Positions 45,656 to 55,928 of a stretch of DNA of 64,000 bases are shown piece after piece. Position 1 is the first letter of the stretch. Each line of letters starts with the position of its first letter. Below the pieces are notes generated by a model. It ran no database searches. It saw nothing but the letters and a program-made list of their open reading frames with translations, and had not been told where the DNA came from. Origin of the DNA: an uncultured Caulobacterales bacterium (GTDB lineage Bacteria; Pseudomonadota; Alphaproteobacteria; Caulobacterales; Maricaulaceae); assembly GCA_964424575.1 (NCBI GenBank), contig CAYRIV010000014.1, positions 1,214 to 65,213 of the forward strand, in the 5' to 3' direction. Position numbers and translations under genes: made by a program.

Positions 45656-46651
45656 CTAGTTCTTTGGATAATTACGGATGTAGCTCACAGGGATTTCTTT
45701 GCCTGTTTCAGGGTCCACGTAATAAGGCGCGCTCTCAATTTGGCTCACCGTTTCACCGGGCTTGCCGACGCGGTAAGGGCTCAACCCTTCACCACTTGGC
45801 AAAGCTGTGCCTGGCGTAGATACCATTGGCCCACTACCCGTTGGCGGGATATAGGGAATAGTTTTTGTGCCTGGCGCAAGCTCAATAATCTCACCTGTTT
45901 GCGGATTACGGTAAATCGGCTCCCCTGGCGCAGGCGCAGTTGGTGTGGCGCTCAAGGCATTTGGTAATGCACGGTATTGCGGCTGATTTTGTGCTGGCGG
46001 GGTGTATTGCGGCGCGTATTGTGCAGACGGCGCAGCAACTGTCGGCGCTTCATATTGGGGATAGCTTGCCGTGTTTGGTACAGTGCCGTCGACAACGCGG
46101 GCATAAGAAATCACCTCACGCGCCCCACGGGTTGTACTCGCGATTTGCGCCGCGCGCTCTAACTCTTCCGGTGTACGCGCGATACCTAAAAGATATACAG
46201 TGCCGTCATGCGTCTCGACATTAAAATTACGCGCCTTCACGGACCCCTCTGCTATAAGACGCGATTTTACAGCCTTATTCAAAACACCATCTTTCGCGTT
46301 TCTAATAAAGCCTTGCGAGTCTTTGACTTTAATCTCATTGCCAATCTCAGTGACATTTGGCGCGGACCACGCAATACGCTCTGCCTCAATGCGAAATTTA
46401 GGATCGCGAACATTACCTGACAAGAGCACGATGCCTTGCGCGACTTCAACGTCTACGCCTTTCAGGTCGACATCCGCCGCACGTAGCATGCGCGCCTTAA
46501 TGGCACGGCCAGCTGTGACGTCATTAAGAGAGCGCACGAAATTGCGTTCATCACCTTTCTTAATGCCTGCCGTTGTTACAGCACAGCCAGACAGGGAGAC
46601 AGTCGACACAGCCAGTGTCGTTGAAATTAGCAATAGAGTTAATTTTTTCAT
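45656..46651 (-). CDS. BON-domain lipoprotein with a Pro/Gln/Tyr-rich C-terminal region
   Basis: The lipobox is LSGCAV. There are two BON-like segments (VDVEVAQGIVLLSGNV, VETHDGTVYLLGIA). Confidence 0.7.
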   Translation of the reverse strand: MKKLTLLLISTTLAVSTVSLSGCAVTTAGIKKGDERNFVRSLNDVTAGRAIKARMLRAADVDLKGVDVEVAQGIVLLSGNVRDPKFRIEAERIAWSAPNVTEIGNEIKVKDSQGFIRNAKDGVLNKAVKSRLIAEGSVKARNFNVETHDGTVYLLGIARTPEELERAAQIASTTRGAREVISYARVVDGTVPNTASYPQYEAPTVAAPSAQYAPQYTPPAQNQPQYRALPNALSATPTAPAPGEPIYRNPQTGEIIELAPGTKTIPYIPPTGSGPMVSTPGTALPSGEGLSPYRVGKPGETVSQIESAPYYVDPETGKEIPVSYIRNYPKN

Positions 46652-46851
46652 AAGGTTTTTTAAACCTTAAGAGTTACTCAATAGTTTAAATTGGGACACA
46701 TATACAGCTGGATGTCGCAAAATTAAGATTATGACAAGCTGTCTCTTCGTGCCCATAGCTGACAACTTTAAACAGTAGAAATTACAGTCAGGCTATGGCT
46801 CTCAAGCAAGTTTTACGGAATAAACCAACAACATTGACTCGGGAGATCATC

Positions 46852-47400
46852 ATGCCAATCCAAAATATTTCACAATCTTTCAAAGTAGTTGCGGCCAGCG
46901 CCCTCATCTTAGGCTTAAGCGCTTGCGCCACATCCGCCCCACAAAATAATGTGCTTGATGTTCAGAACCAGCTCTTTAGCGGTATTGAGTCCTCAAAATA
47001 TGACGGTTCTAGCCTCAAAGCCCGCAGCGCAGAAGACCCAATCTGTCTGCAATTTTACGCAAATGGCACGCAATACGTCACACAAAATACAGCCAGTGGC
47101 GGAACGAGCTTTGCGAAAACATTGGCCCTCGGCCTACTCGCAGGCGCGGCGAGTGGCGGCATTGCCAGCATTGGCATTGGCTCAGCCTTTCTTGAAACCG
47201 CGATAGCTGGCACCGCAAACCAAGTCGTTTATCAAGGCGGCCAAAAAGTTCTGGACAATAACCAAAATGCTAAACCTGACCCAATAGCAGACGTTAATGC
47301 AAGAGCTGGAGCCCTCGGATGTCCGCCGATGTCTATGGCCACGATCAAGGCGAGCAAAGAGGCCGCAAAAGCGCTTAAGAAAAAAGACAAAGAATCTTAG
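46852..47400 (+). CDS. Hypothetical lipoprotein
   Basis: The ATG at 46852 is preceded by GGGAGA. The lipobox is LGLSACAT, and there is a Gly/Ala-rich central segment. Confidence 0.55.
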   Translation: MPIQNISQSFKVVAASALILGLSACATSAPQNNVLDVQNQLFSGIESSKYDGSSLKARSAEDPICLQFYANGTQYVTQNTASGGTSFAKTLALGLLAGAASGGIASIGIGSAFLETAIAGTANQVVYQGGQKVLDNNQNAKPDPIADVNARAGALGCPPMSMATIKASKEAAKALKKKDKES

Positions 47401-47403
47401 GCG

Positions 47404-47775
47404 CTAAAATGCGTCTTCAATATGGGTGATGCGGCGCAAGCTAAGCCGTTCCCCTATAAAGAAAATCGCGTCGCAGCGCTGCCCGCAATTATGCAGTTGC
47501 GGGCGTGTGCTGACGTAAGATTCCAGCGCGTTGGAAATACGCCGCTCCGACTCCGCGCTAATGCTTTCATGGGCGGCGCTTAAGGTGCGGCGTTGCTTAA
47601 CCTCGACAGCCGCAATCACATCACGTTTGCGCACGATGATATCAACTTCGCCACTTTTGTTACGAAAGTTCCGCTCTAAAATCTTATAGCCTTTGAGCCG
47701 CAAATACATGGCCGCCCAGCTTTCCGCGCGGCGACCTGTCTTCTCAAATTCCCGTTTTTGTTCCAGCGATGACAT
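47404..47775 (-). CDS. yraN: YraN family (UPF0102) endonuclease-like protein
   Basis: The diagnostic stretch is YLRLKGYKILERNFRNKSGEVDIIVRKRDVIAAVEVKQR. Confidence 0.85.
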   Translation of the reverse strand: MSSLEQKREFEKTGRRAESWAAMYLRLKGYKILERNFRNKSGEVDIIVRKRDVIAAVEVKQRRTLSAAHESISAESERRISNALESYVSTRPQLHNCGQRCDAIFFIGERLSLRRITHIEDAF

Positions 47776-48740
47776 TAGTCGTCTGTTTTCAAAGACAGTG
47801 CGCGTTTATAAATGTCGCGCTTTTTCCAGCCCGAGACTTTAGCAAGCTCTCCGCTGGCGCGACTAACGCCATCGCGGGCAACGGCCTCAGCGAGGGCTTT
47901 ATCTAACTCAGCTTCACTCCAAATCTCGCTCGCGTCAGACGCGCCGATAACAACAACAATTTCGCCGCGCGGCGGGTCGGCTTTCACGCTCTCTATTAGC
48001 TCAGATAACATGCCACGCCGCGTCTCTTCATAGCGTTTGGTCAACTCACGCGCGATGGCCGCTGTGCGGTCGCCTAGGATAGCTTGCATATCTATGAGGC
48101 TTTTCTCGAGCCGTGCGGGGCTTTCAAATAAAATCAGTGTGCCAGGCACGCGTGAAAGCGCCTCAAGCTCAGCCCGTCGCGCCGCATATTTCGCGGGCAG
48201 AAACCCTGCGAAGGTGAAAACATCAGACGGAAGTCCTGCGGTCACTAGCGCGGCCAATACAGCACTTGCGCCAGGCAGCGGCACAACATTCACCCCCGCT
48301 TCCGCCGCGTCGCGCGCGAGCTTAAAGCCAGGATCAGAGACAAGCGGCGTGCCCGCATCAGAGACAAGCGCAATAACCGCACCGTCGTCGAGCCGCTCAA
48401 GTAGCGCAGGAATCCGCTTTGCCGCATTATGGTCATGATAGGCCGATAAAGGCGTTTTAATATCATAGGCGTCTAGCAATTTGCGCGTTTGCCGCGTGTC
48501 TTCGGCTAAGATTAAGTCTGCGCCGCCAAGCACGTCGAGCGCGCGCAAGGTGATGTCTCTGAGATTGCCGATCGGCGTCGCGACAACATAGAGCCCGCTG
48601 TCCAATTTCAAGGGTTCAGATGTTTTTGAGGATTGCGAAGCGGGGCGCTCGCTTATAGGGTGAGAAAAATCGCTGTCATTCCCCTCGTGGCTTTCCGAGG
48701 ATTGTGATGACGTATCAGGATTGGGAGGGGAACCGCTCAT
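47775..48740 (-). CDS. rsmI: 16S rRNA (cytidine1402-2'-O)-methyltransferase RsmI with a Ser/Pro-rich N-terminal extension
   Basis: The core reads LYVVATPIGNLRDITLRALDVLGGADLILAEDTRQTRKLL. About 45 extra N-terminal residues precede it. Confidence 0.85.
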   Translation of the reverse strand: MSGSPPNPDTSSQSSESHEGNDSDFSHPISERPASQSSKTSEPLKLDSGLYVVATPIGNLRDITLRALDVLGGADLILAEDTRQTRKLLDAYDIKTPLSAYHDHNAAKRIPALLERLDDGAVIALVSDAGTPLVSDPGFKLARDAAEAGVNVVPLPGASAVLAALVTAGLPSDVFTFAGFLPAKYAARRAELEALSRVPGTLILFESPARLEKSLIDMQAILGDRTAAIARELTKRYEETRRGMLSELIESVKADPPRGEIVVVIGASDASEIWSEAELDKALAEAVARDGVSRASGELAKVSGWKKRDIYKRALSLKTDD

Positions 48741-48769
48741 ATCTTGGAATATAAAAGGGAAAAGAGTGC

Positions 48770-50182
48770 ATGTCTCATAAATTCGAGTTTATTATGCCAA
48801 AACGGTTTTGCGGTGCATTATTATCTGGCGCAGCTATCATTGCGCTGAGCGCTTGCAGCACGACCTCCCCTGCCCCAATTTATCAGCCTGGCGGTCCTGT
48901 GGCCCAAGGCCCCGTCCCAAGCCAGCAGCCTATTGTCACGCCCCAACCTACAGGCACGAAAAAAGACACAGCAAAAGACGATAAGAAAGAAGACGAATCT
49001 GGCGAGGACCAAACTGACACGGCAGACAATCGCCCACCACAAATTGAACAAGGCCCATATTTTAATAACCGCGAAGGCTTAACTCCGCCGCATATGGCAG
49101 GTCGCGATATTAAACGCATGGCATTACTCCTGCCATTTTCTGCCAAATCCTCACGCCTGCGCGAAGAGGCGGCGTCTATGTTAAAAGCCGCTGAGCTTGC
49201 CGTCTTTGACCGCGACACGCCTGACGTTGTCCTTGTGACGCTCGATACAGGCGGCACAGCGCGCGGCGCACGTTCGGCGACACAGACCGCGATGAAAGCG
49301 GGCGTTGACGTAATTTTAGGACCTGTGCTGTCTGGCTCTGTCAAGGCGGCATCAGACACAGCGCGTCGCGCGGGCGTACCCGTTGTGGCGTTTTCCACGG
49401 ACCAAACAGCAGCAGGACGCGGCACATATCTTTTGTCTTTCCCGCCCGAAGCCGAAGTTGCGCGCATTGTGGATTACGCCGCGACGACAGGCATCACCCG
49501 CTTTGCCTATTTCGGCCCAGAAGGCGCTTATGGCAAACGCGTGAAATCACAATATGAGCAAAGTGTTGCCCAAGTCGGCGGCGCGGTCACCGCGTCTGAG
49601 ACCTATGACGGCGACGACATCACGGTCATGCAAGAGCCTGCCCAAAGACTGGCGCGCGCTTTTGAGCAGCAAGACGAACTGACAGGCGGTCAAGGCCCGA
49701 TGGCATTTGAGGCGATTATCTTGCCCGAAGGCGGCACGGCGCTACGCTCCCTTGCACCGCTACTGCCTTATTTTTATGACGGTCTGGCGGAGGTACAATT
49801 CCTCGGCACGAGTCGCTGGCAAAGCGAGGACACTGTGCGCGAACCTGCGCTCAATAACGGTATATTTGCAGGGCCCGACGAAGGCCCGCGCCAAAGCTTT
49901 ATCGCGCGCTATGACCGTAGTTACGGCGAAGATCCCAGCCAACTTGCCTCACTTGCTTATGACGCGATCAATGTCGGCGCGGTGATTGCTGATGGTGATC
50001 CGCGCGCGCGCCGCATGCGCGCCGAAGACCCAGCCGGATTTTACGGCGCGGACGGCTTTGTGCGCTTTAATCCCGACGGCACACCTGACCGCGGCCTCGC
50101 CGTCTTCCAAATCAGAAACGGGCAATTCCGTATCATCGACCCCGCGCCGAAGTCTGCGACGGACAGCTTGGGGCCAAGCTAG
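48770..50182 (+). CDS. Penicillin-binding protein activator (LpoA/LppC-like) periplasmic-binding-fold lipoprotein
   Basis: The lipobox is ALSACS. MALLLPFSAKS...VILGPVLSGSV...VPVVAFSTD is present. It is divergent from rsmI, as in many Proteobacteria. Confidence 0.65.
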   Translation: MSHKFEFIMPKRFCGALLSGAAIIALSACSTTSPAPIYQPGGPVAQGPVPSQQPIVTPQPTGTKKDTAKDDKKEDESGEDQTDTADNRPPQIEQGPYFNNREGLTPPHMAGRDIKRMALLLPFSAKSSRLREEAASMLKAAELAVFDRDTPDVVLVTLDTGGTARGARSATQTAMKAGVDVILGPVLSGSVKAASDTARRAGVPVVAFSTDQTAAGRGTYLLSFPPEAEVARIVDYAATTGITRFAYFGPEGAYGKRVKSQYEQSVAQVGGAVTASETYDGDDITVMQEPAQRLARAFEQQDELTGGQGPMAFEAIILPEGGTALRSLAPLLPYFYDGLAEVQFLGTSRWQSEDTVREPALNNGIFAGPDEGPRQSFIARYDRSYGEDPSQLASLAYDAINVGAVIADGDPRARRMRAEDPAGFYGADGFVRFNPDGTPDRGLAVFQIRNGQFRIIDPAPKSATDSLGPS

Positions 50183-50191
50183 GCTATAGCT

Positions 50192-50569
50192 GTGAAAGTT
50201 ACGGCTGAACATAATGCGCGTATTGCAAAAATGGTTTTCGCTGATGTCTATCCACATTACGTCACGAAGGTGGAGAAGAAAGGCCGCGCGAAAGACGAGC
50301 TTCACCAGGTGATTGAATGGCTGACAGGGTTTGATGAAGCTACTTTACAAGAGCTCATCGACAAGAAAGTGACGTTTAAGACATTTTTTGAAAAAGCCAC
50401 TCTACACCCAAACGCCCCTCTCATCACAGGCGTCATTTGTGGATACCGCATTGAAGAGATTGATAACGAACTGACGCGACAAACACGCTACCTCGATAAG
50501 CTAGTCGACGAGCTTGCGCGCGGCAGAAAAATGGAAAAAATCCTGAGACAGGTGCCGTCCAAGACATAG
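50192..50569 (+). CDS. DUF2200 family protein
   Basis: 125 aa with a GTG start. The stretch IAKMVFADVYPHYVTKVEKKGRAKDELHQVIEWLTG supports the assignment. Confidence 0.65.
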   Translation: MKVTAEHNARIAKMVFADVYPHYVTKVEKKGRAKDELHQVIEWLTGFDEATLQELIDKKVTFKTFFEKATLHPNAPLITGVICGYRIEEIDNELTRQTRYLDKLVDELARGRKMEKILRQVPSKT

Positions 50570-50639
50570 GGGCATTTTGGGAGAGCGTTCATTACTATGA
50601 CGGAGAAATATCTCAATTAGCACCTTTAATTAAACTCCA

Positions 50640-51794
50640 TTAGACTCCTAATAGTTTTCCACTCACGCTATTGAGCACCATACGACCTGCTTGCGTGGTG
50701 GAGAGACGGTCGCCAGTGAGGGCCACGAGCCCCATCGCCTCTAGCTCCCCAATGCGCGTTTGCGGTAACGCGTCTCCTGCATAGTTTGCGTAAGTCTTAA
50801 GCGATATACCCTCGCTAATCCTCAGCCCCATCATGAGATATTCACTGGCGCGGTCTTCGCGAGAAAGCGGTGTATTGTCTGTCAGGCCGCTGCCTGTGTC
50901 GTTCACCCGCGCGCTATAATCGCGGGGCGTCAGAGCCGCGAGTGTGGCGTAGCGTACACCGTCCTCGGTCAGCCGCCCATGCGCGCCAGGCCCGACGCCG
51001 ACGTAATCTAAGCCCTGCCAATAGGCGAGATTATGACGAGAGCGGTGGCCGTCTTTTGCGTGATTGCTGACCTCATAAGCGTCATAGCCCGCGTCGCTCA
51101 AACGCGCACAGACGTGTTCATAAAGATCCGCACTTATGTCTGCATCTACCGCGCGGGCTTCACCACGACTTTCGGCTTTGGCAAAAGCTGTGCCCTCTTC
51201 GATAGTGAGTTGATAGGCCGAGATATGCGGCGGGGCGAATGGGAGCAGCGTGTCGAGTTCCGCGTCGAGATGCGCGACAGTCTGGCCTGTATGACCGAAA
51301 ATCATATCGGCTGAAACACTTGGGAAAATTCGCAGTCCCGTTTCTAAGGCCTGCTTTGCCGCGGCGCCGTTGTGATCACGCCCAAGACGGGCAAGCACTG
51401 TGTCATCAAAGCTCTGCACACCGAGCGAGAGGCGGTTTATCCCTGCCGCGCGGTAAGCCTGCCAGCGCGTCACGTCCAAATCTGTTGGGTTGGCTTCTAT
51501 CGCGATTTCGGTGTCATGACGAACACCCCAAAGTGCATCGACGCTCCTAATGAATTGCGCGACCTCTTCGCCAGAAAGAAGGCTCGGCGTGCCGCCGCCA
51601 AAATGAATGGAGACTATCTCGCGCGGGCCAGAGCGGGTGCGCCAGTGTTTTAAATCCGCTAGGATAGCGCCCAGCAAATCGTCATCTTGCTTTTGCTTAT
51701 AGACATTAAAATCACAATAGGGGCAGATGCGCGCGCAATAGGGCCAGTGAATATAGACCGCGAGCGGTGCGTGATTTTTGGAAAGTTCAGCCAA
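50640..51794 (-). CDS. hemW: Radical SAM heme chaperone HemW
   Basis: YIHWPYCARICPYCDF supplies the CxxxCxxC motif. The protein is 384 aa. Confidence 0.9.
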   Translation of the reverse strand: MAELSKNHAPLAVYIHWPYCARICPYCDFNVYKQKQDDDLLGAILADLKHWRTRSGPREIVSIHFGGGTPSLLSGEEVAQFIRSVDALWGVRHDTEIAIEANPTDLDVTRWQAYRAAGINRLSLGVQSFDDTVLARLGRDHNGAAAKQALETGLRIFPSVSADMIFGHTGQTVAHLDAELDTLLPFAPPHISAYQLTIEEGTAFAKAESRGEARAVDADISADLYEHVCARLSDAGYDAYEVSNHAKDGHRSRHNLAYWQGLDYVGVGPGAHGRLTEDGVRYATLAALTPRDYSARVNDTGSGLTDNTPLSREDRASEYLMMGLRISEGISLKTYANYAGDALPQTRIGELEAMGLVALTGDRLSTTQAGRMVLNSVSGKLLGV

Positions 51795-51797
51795 ACC

Positions 51798-52430
51798 TTA
51801 CGCGCCGAATTGCGCTTTGAGGAATTTGGCAAAGGCATCCGCGCGGTGGCTTTTCGCGTGTTTTTCTGACGGCTCTATTTCCGCAAAGGTCTGAACGTCG
51901 CCGAGCGCGCGAAATATCGGATCATAGCCAAAGCCTTTGTCGCCGCGCGGGGGCCAGACAATCTCGCCCTCGACTGTGCCTTCATAAACATGGCTCGTGC
52001 CGTCGGGAAAAGCGAGACAGAGTGCACAAATAAACCGCGCTGTTGGCGCTTTACCACTTGCAGATAACTTATCCCAGACATGCCACATCGCCATATCAAA
52101 ATCACGCCGCACGCCCGTGCGTTCGCGTTCAGATTTTGGCAGTTCCGCCCAGTCCGCCGCATAGACACCCGGCGCGCCGTCCAGCCCGTCTACCGCAAGG
52201 CCGCTATCATCAGACAAGGCTGGCAAGCCAGAGCCGCGCGCCGACGCCAGCGCTTTAATCCGCGCATTGCCTGCAAAGGTGGTTTCTGTCTCAGGAGGCT
52301 CAGCGAGGCCCAACTCACCCGCACTCACCGTGCTCACGCCCAGCGGGGCCATAAGCTCTGCAATCTCGCGCACCTTGCCTTTATTATGTGTGGCGAGAAC
52401 GAGTTTATCAAAAGGCGGCTGCGCTGTCAT
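51798..52430 (-). CDS. rdgB: RdgB/HAM1 non-canonical purine NTP pyrophosphatase
   Basis: Motifs are LVLATHNKGKVREI, DDSGLAVDGLDGAPGVY, GFGYDPIF and SHRA. Confidence 0.9.
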   Translation of the reverse strand: MTAQPPFDKLVLATHNKGKVREIAELMAPLGVSTVSAGELGLAEPPETETTFAGNARIKALASARGSGLPALSDDSGLAVDGLDGAPGVYAADWAELPKSERERTGVRRDFDMAMWHVWDKLSASGKAPTARFICALCLAFPDGTSHVYEGTVEGEIVWPPRGDKGFGYDPIFRALGDVQTFAEIEPSEKHAKSHRADAFAKFLKAQFGA

Positions 52431-52511
52431 AAAGTTTCCTTGGGATTCTTTTGTAAGTCTTTGTGTCCTCGCCTAACCGCACAAGATGAAAGGGTCAACT
52501 GAACTCGCCTC

Positions 52512-53132
52512 TTGCAAAATTATACATTATTGATTATCGATAAGTCAAAGTTTCTGAACCTGTTGAGTCTTATGGACGATTTACTAAGCGATATTGCATA
52601 CGCGCCACAAGGATCTCCCTTTGCAAAGGGGTTAAACCTTTTATTGATTGTGGCTATGATTATCCTGATTATCACATGTCTTGGCATGGTGATTTTTGGG
52701 GTTTGCATGTTTTTTGACAATAGCCTTAAAGAGATGTTTTTTGCTGAACTTGAAGCGACCAATACCACGCCATCTGCTCAAAAATTAGGACTTGTATTCA
52801 TCGCAGCGGCCTTCATGACAATTGGCTATATTTTCGTGGTTCACATGCTGCGAAAAATCGTGGGCACTTTAATTGCAGGCGACCCTTTTGTGCCAGCCAA
52901 TATTTCACGGCTACGTAGCGTTTGGATCGTCATAGCCATTTGCGAATTTTTTCGAATGATTTTCCGGTCCGTCCTGTCTATTGAAATCAACGCCCTGAAT
53001 GTGTCTGAGACCGTCACAAGTTCAATTGATATTCGCCTTGGCACGTGGTTTCTCGTCTTTGTTATCGCCGCACTCGCCGAAGTCTTTCGCCACGGCGCTG
53101 TGCTGCGCCGTGACCAGGAACTGACAGTCTAA
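52512..53132 (+). CDS. DUF2975-like polytopic membrane protein
   Basis: It has four or five TM helices, and its stop overlaps the start of a YozG-type HTH gene (TAATG), which is the usual gene pair. The start is uncertain (52512 or ATG 52572). Confidence 0.55.
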   Translation: MQNYTLLIIDKSKFLNLLSLMDDLLSDIAYAPQGSPFAKGLNLLLIVAMIILIITCLGMVIFGVCMFFDNSLKEMFFAELEATNTTPSAQKLGLVFIAAAFMTIGYIFVVHMLRKIVGTLIAGDPFVPANISRLRSVWIVIAICEFFRMIFRSVLSIEINALNVSETVTSSIDIRLGTWFLVFVIAALAEVFRHGAVLRRDQELTV

Positions 53133-53371
53133 TGGCGATCCGCGTAAATCTGGACCGCGTCCTGCTGGACCGCCGTATGTCGCTCACCGAACTTGCGGAG
53201 CGCGTCGGCATAACGCTCGCCAATCTCTCTATCCTAAAGACGGGCAAAGCGCGCGCCATGCGCTTTACAACGCTCGACGCGCTGTGCCGTGAACTGGATT
53301 GTCAGCCCGCAGATATCCTCGTCTATGAGCCTGATGAAAACGCAGAAACATATGCGGACGCGGCAGAATAA
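53132..53371 (+). CDS. Cro/CI (XRE, YozG-type) helix-turn-helix regulator
   Basis: The diagnostic stretch is IRVNLDRVLLDRRMSLTELAERVGITLANLSILKTGKARAMRFTTLDALCRELDCQPADIL. Confidence 0.85.
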   Translation: MAIRVNLDRVLLDRRMSLTELAERVGITLANLSILKTGKARAMRFTTLDALCRELDCQPADILVYEPDENAETYADAAE

Positions 53372-53443
53372 GCGGAATTAACTTCTGCTCATCTGATGGC
53401 ATTTACTATTTAGATTTAAGCGCGCCTCCCCTATAGAAACATT

Positions 53444-54577
53444 ATGACATCTGCCGTGACATCATCATCCTCAAATGACCACGCGGTGAGCGAAGGTCTC
53501 GGCCTGTGGGAACCCAAGCGCACACTGACACTGGACGCAGCACGACGCCACTCTGCGCGCATCCGCCTCTTTCGTAAGTTACTTGTGCTCACAGCTGTTG
53601 GTTTGACGGGCGTCGTCGTCTGGCAGTTTATAAACCAGCCTGCTGGCTTTGATCTGGTCGACAACCCCGAAGAAACCGTGCGCATGGTCAATCCCAAATA
53701 TAGCGGCCGCACGAGCGACGGTCTCCCTTACTACCTGACAGCCGCAGACGCCGTACGTAATGCAAGCACCTCGACAGCCGTCAATCTCTCTGCGCCTGTG
53801 CTGAACTTCTACCGCGCGCCTGGCGCAGAGCCGTCTAAGGTCACAGCGCTTGAGGGGATATATGATGACGTGGATAATATACTTAACCTGTCTGATACTG
53901 TGAATCTCGGCACGGATGACGGCTATGCCTGTGATACATCAGAGGCCAAGATTTTCACCAAAGACAAACGCATTTCAGGCAATGCGCCAATTGCCTGCAC
54001 AGGCAGTTTTGGCGCTGTGAAAGGCAATAGCTATACCATCACGGATGACTATACCGCCTATACATTTGCAGACGGGATGAACGCCACGATTACGCGTGAC
54101 GCCGCAAGCAGCTCTGACGACAACTTCGGTTTTGAAGGCAACAGCCCGATTGATCTGTCGGCCCAAACCGCGACCTATAAAGACACGACGACGACTTTGT
54201 CAGGTGACGTAGATGTGAAACAGGGCGGCTCTCGCGTCACATCAAATGAAATGATTATTTACCGCGCAAAAGCAAAGAAAAACGAAACTGACGGGCCAAG
54301 CAAATCGCTTAAGCTAGGCGCGATTACGCAGATTGATGCGAAGGGACGTTTTGTTTATACCACGCCTGAGCGCAGACTGACCGGCAATCGCGGGGTTTAC
54401 GACCGCGCGAAAAACATTATCACTGTGACGGGTAATGTTGAGCTGAAACAAAGCGACGGCACCGTCGTGACGGGTGAGAAGCTGGTTTACGATATGGATA
54501 AAAAGAGCGCCAAAGTCGGCGAGACTTGTACGGGAGAGAATTGCGATCGTTTCACTTTTGAAATTAAACGCGATTAG
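53444..54577 (+). CDS. lptC: LptC-like LPS export protein with an additional OstA-like C-terminal half
   Basis: The TM anchor is LLVLTAVGLTGVVVW. It sits directly upstream of lptA-lptB. The C-terminal part carries OstA-like strands (ITVTGNVELKQSDGTVVTGEKLVYD). At 377 aa it is well above the roughly 200 aa I expect. Confidence 0.6.
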   Translation: MTSAVTSSSSNDHAVSEGLGLWEPKRTLTLDAARRHSARIRLFRKLLVLTAVGLTGVVVWQFINQPAGFDLVDNPEETVRMVNPKYSGRTSDGLPYYLTAADAVRNASTSTAVNLSAPVLNFYRAPGAEPSKVTALEGIYDDVDNILNLSDTVNLGTDDGYACDTSEAKIFTKDKRISGNAPIACTGSFGAVKGNSYTITDDYTAYTFADGMNATITRDAASSSDDNFGFEGNSPIDLSAQTATYKDTTTTLSGDVDVKQGGSRVTSNEMIIYRAKAKKNETDGPSKSLKLGAITQIDAKGRFVYTTPERRLTGNRGVYDRAKNIITVTGNVELKQSDGTVVTGEKLVYDMDKKSAKVGETCTGENCDRFTFEIKRD

Positions 54578-54594
54578 GATAGGGTAGAGCCATC

Positions 54595-55134
54595 ATGATG
54601 AAAACACGACTCACGTCCATCGCCTTATTACTGTCCCTCATGGCTGCCCCAATTGCGGTGCATGCACAATTTTCGACAGATTCTACGGCGCCCATCACGG
54701 GCAGCGCCGATAGCGGTACTTATGAGAATAATTATTTCCTGCTAACAGGTCAGGTCGATATTCGCCAAGCGGATGTGCGTATCCTCGCCGACACCGTCAA
54801 AGTCTTTGGCAGCTCAGGCCGCGCGAATGCGGCTGGCGAAGTGTTTGATGATGTCTCGCGCATGGAAGCGCTCGGCAATTTTTTCTACATCACGCCAGAG
54901 CAAGAGGTCAAAGGCGATCAAGGCATTTATGAACGCGCGAAAGATAGCTTCACCGTCACGGGTAACGTGATTTTGCTGCAAGGCGAAGATAATGTCGTGA
55001 CTGGCGACCGCCTGATTTATAACCTCACCAACAACCAAGCGACGGTGACAGGCAATTGCAAAGGCCGCCGCTGTGGCGATCGTGGGCGCGTCAATATCTT
55101 GATTAAAAACACAAATAATCGGTCAGCAAGCTAA
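54595..55134 (+). CDS. lptA: LPS transport periplasmic protein LptA (OstA N-terminal fold)
   Basis: It has a signal peptide. Characteristic strands are LLTGQVDIRQADVRILADTVKVF and FTVTGNVILLQGEDNVVTGDRLIYN. Confidence 0.75.
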   Translation: MMKTRLTSIALLLSLMAAPIAVHAQFSTDSTAPITGSADSGTYENNYFLLTGQVDIRQADVRILADTVKVFGSSGRANAAGEVFDDVSRMEALGNFFYITPEQEVKGDQGIYERAKDSFTVTGNVILLQGEDNVVTGDRLIYNLTNNQATVTGNCKGRRCGDRGRVNILIKNTNNRSAS

Positions 55135-55928
55135 TGGCGCGTATGTTCACATTTGGCGGCGGCGAGAAAGCGCGTCCCGCCGGTATCGCGCCTGATTTCG
55201 TCGCGCCGCCCACGGGCTTAGCGGCCAATAATATTGGCAAGAGCTACCGCGGCCGTGTCGTCGTGAAAGACATCACCCTCACAGTGCAACGCGGTGAAGT
55301 CGCCGCCCTTATGGGGCCAAACGGCGCGGGCAAGACGACAAGTTTTTACATGATTATGGGCTTGATTGAGGCCGATCGCGGCATGATTACGCTTGACGGG
55401 CAAGACATCACTGACCTGCCTATGTATCAGCGCGCGCGCCTTGGCGTGGGTTATCTTCCGCAGGAACAAAGCATTTTTCGCGGGCTGACGGTGGAAGAAA
55501 ATATCAAAGCCGTGGTGCAACTCACCGAGAAAGACCGCAGCAAGTGGAATGACAATGTCGACGCGCTGCTCGATGAGCTTAACATTGGTCACATTAAAAA
55601 GAGCCCGGCTATGGCGCTCTCTGGTGGGGAACGTCGCCGCGTCGAAATCGCCCGCGCGCTGGCCTCTCGCCCGAGCTTTATCCTGCTTGATGAGCCCTTC
55701 ACAGGCATCGACCCCATCGCCATTGCTGATATTTCAGAGCTTGTGCGCTACCTCAAAAAACGCGGCATCGGCATATTGATTACAGATCACCGCGTGCGCG
55801 AAACCCTCGACATCGTCGACCGCGCGTCCATCCTCTTCCAAGGCGAAGCCCTGTTTGAAGGCACGCCCGATGAAATACGCGCGAATAAAGATGTACGGCG
55901 AGTGTATTTGGGGGAAAAGTACGCCTAG
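55134..55928 (+). CDS. lptB: LPS export ABC transporter ATP-binding protein LptB
   Basis: Walker A is GPNGAGKTT, the ABC signature is LSGGERRRVEIARAL, Walker B is ILLDEPFTGIDP, and the C-terminus carries VYLGEKY. Confidence 0.9.
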   Translation: MARMFTFGGGEKARPAGIAPDFVAPPTGLAANNIGKSYRGRVVVKDITLTVQRGEVAALMGPNGAGKTTSFYMIMGLIEADRGMITLDGQDITDLPMYQRARLGVGYLPQEQSIFRGLTVEENIKAVVQLTEKDRSKWNDNVDALLDELNIGHIKKSPAMALSGGERRRVEIARALASRPSFILLDEPFTGIDPIAIADISELVRYLKKRGIGILITDHRVRETLDIVDRASILFQGEALFEGTPDEIRANKDVRRVYLGEKYA

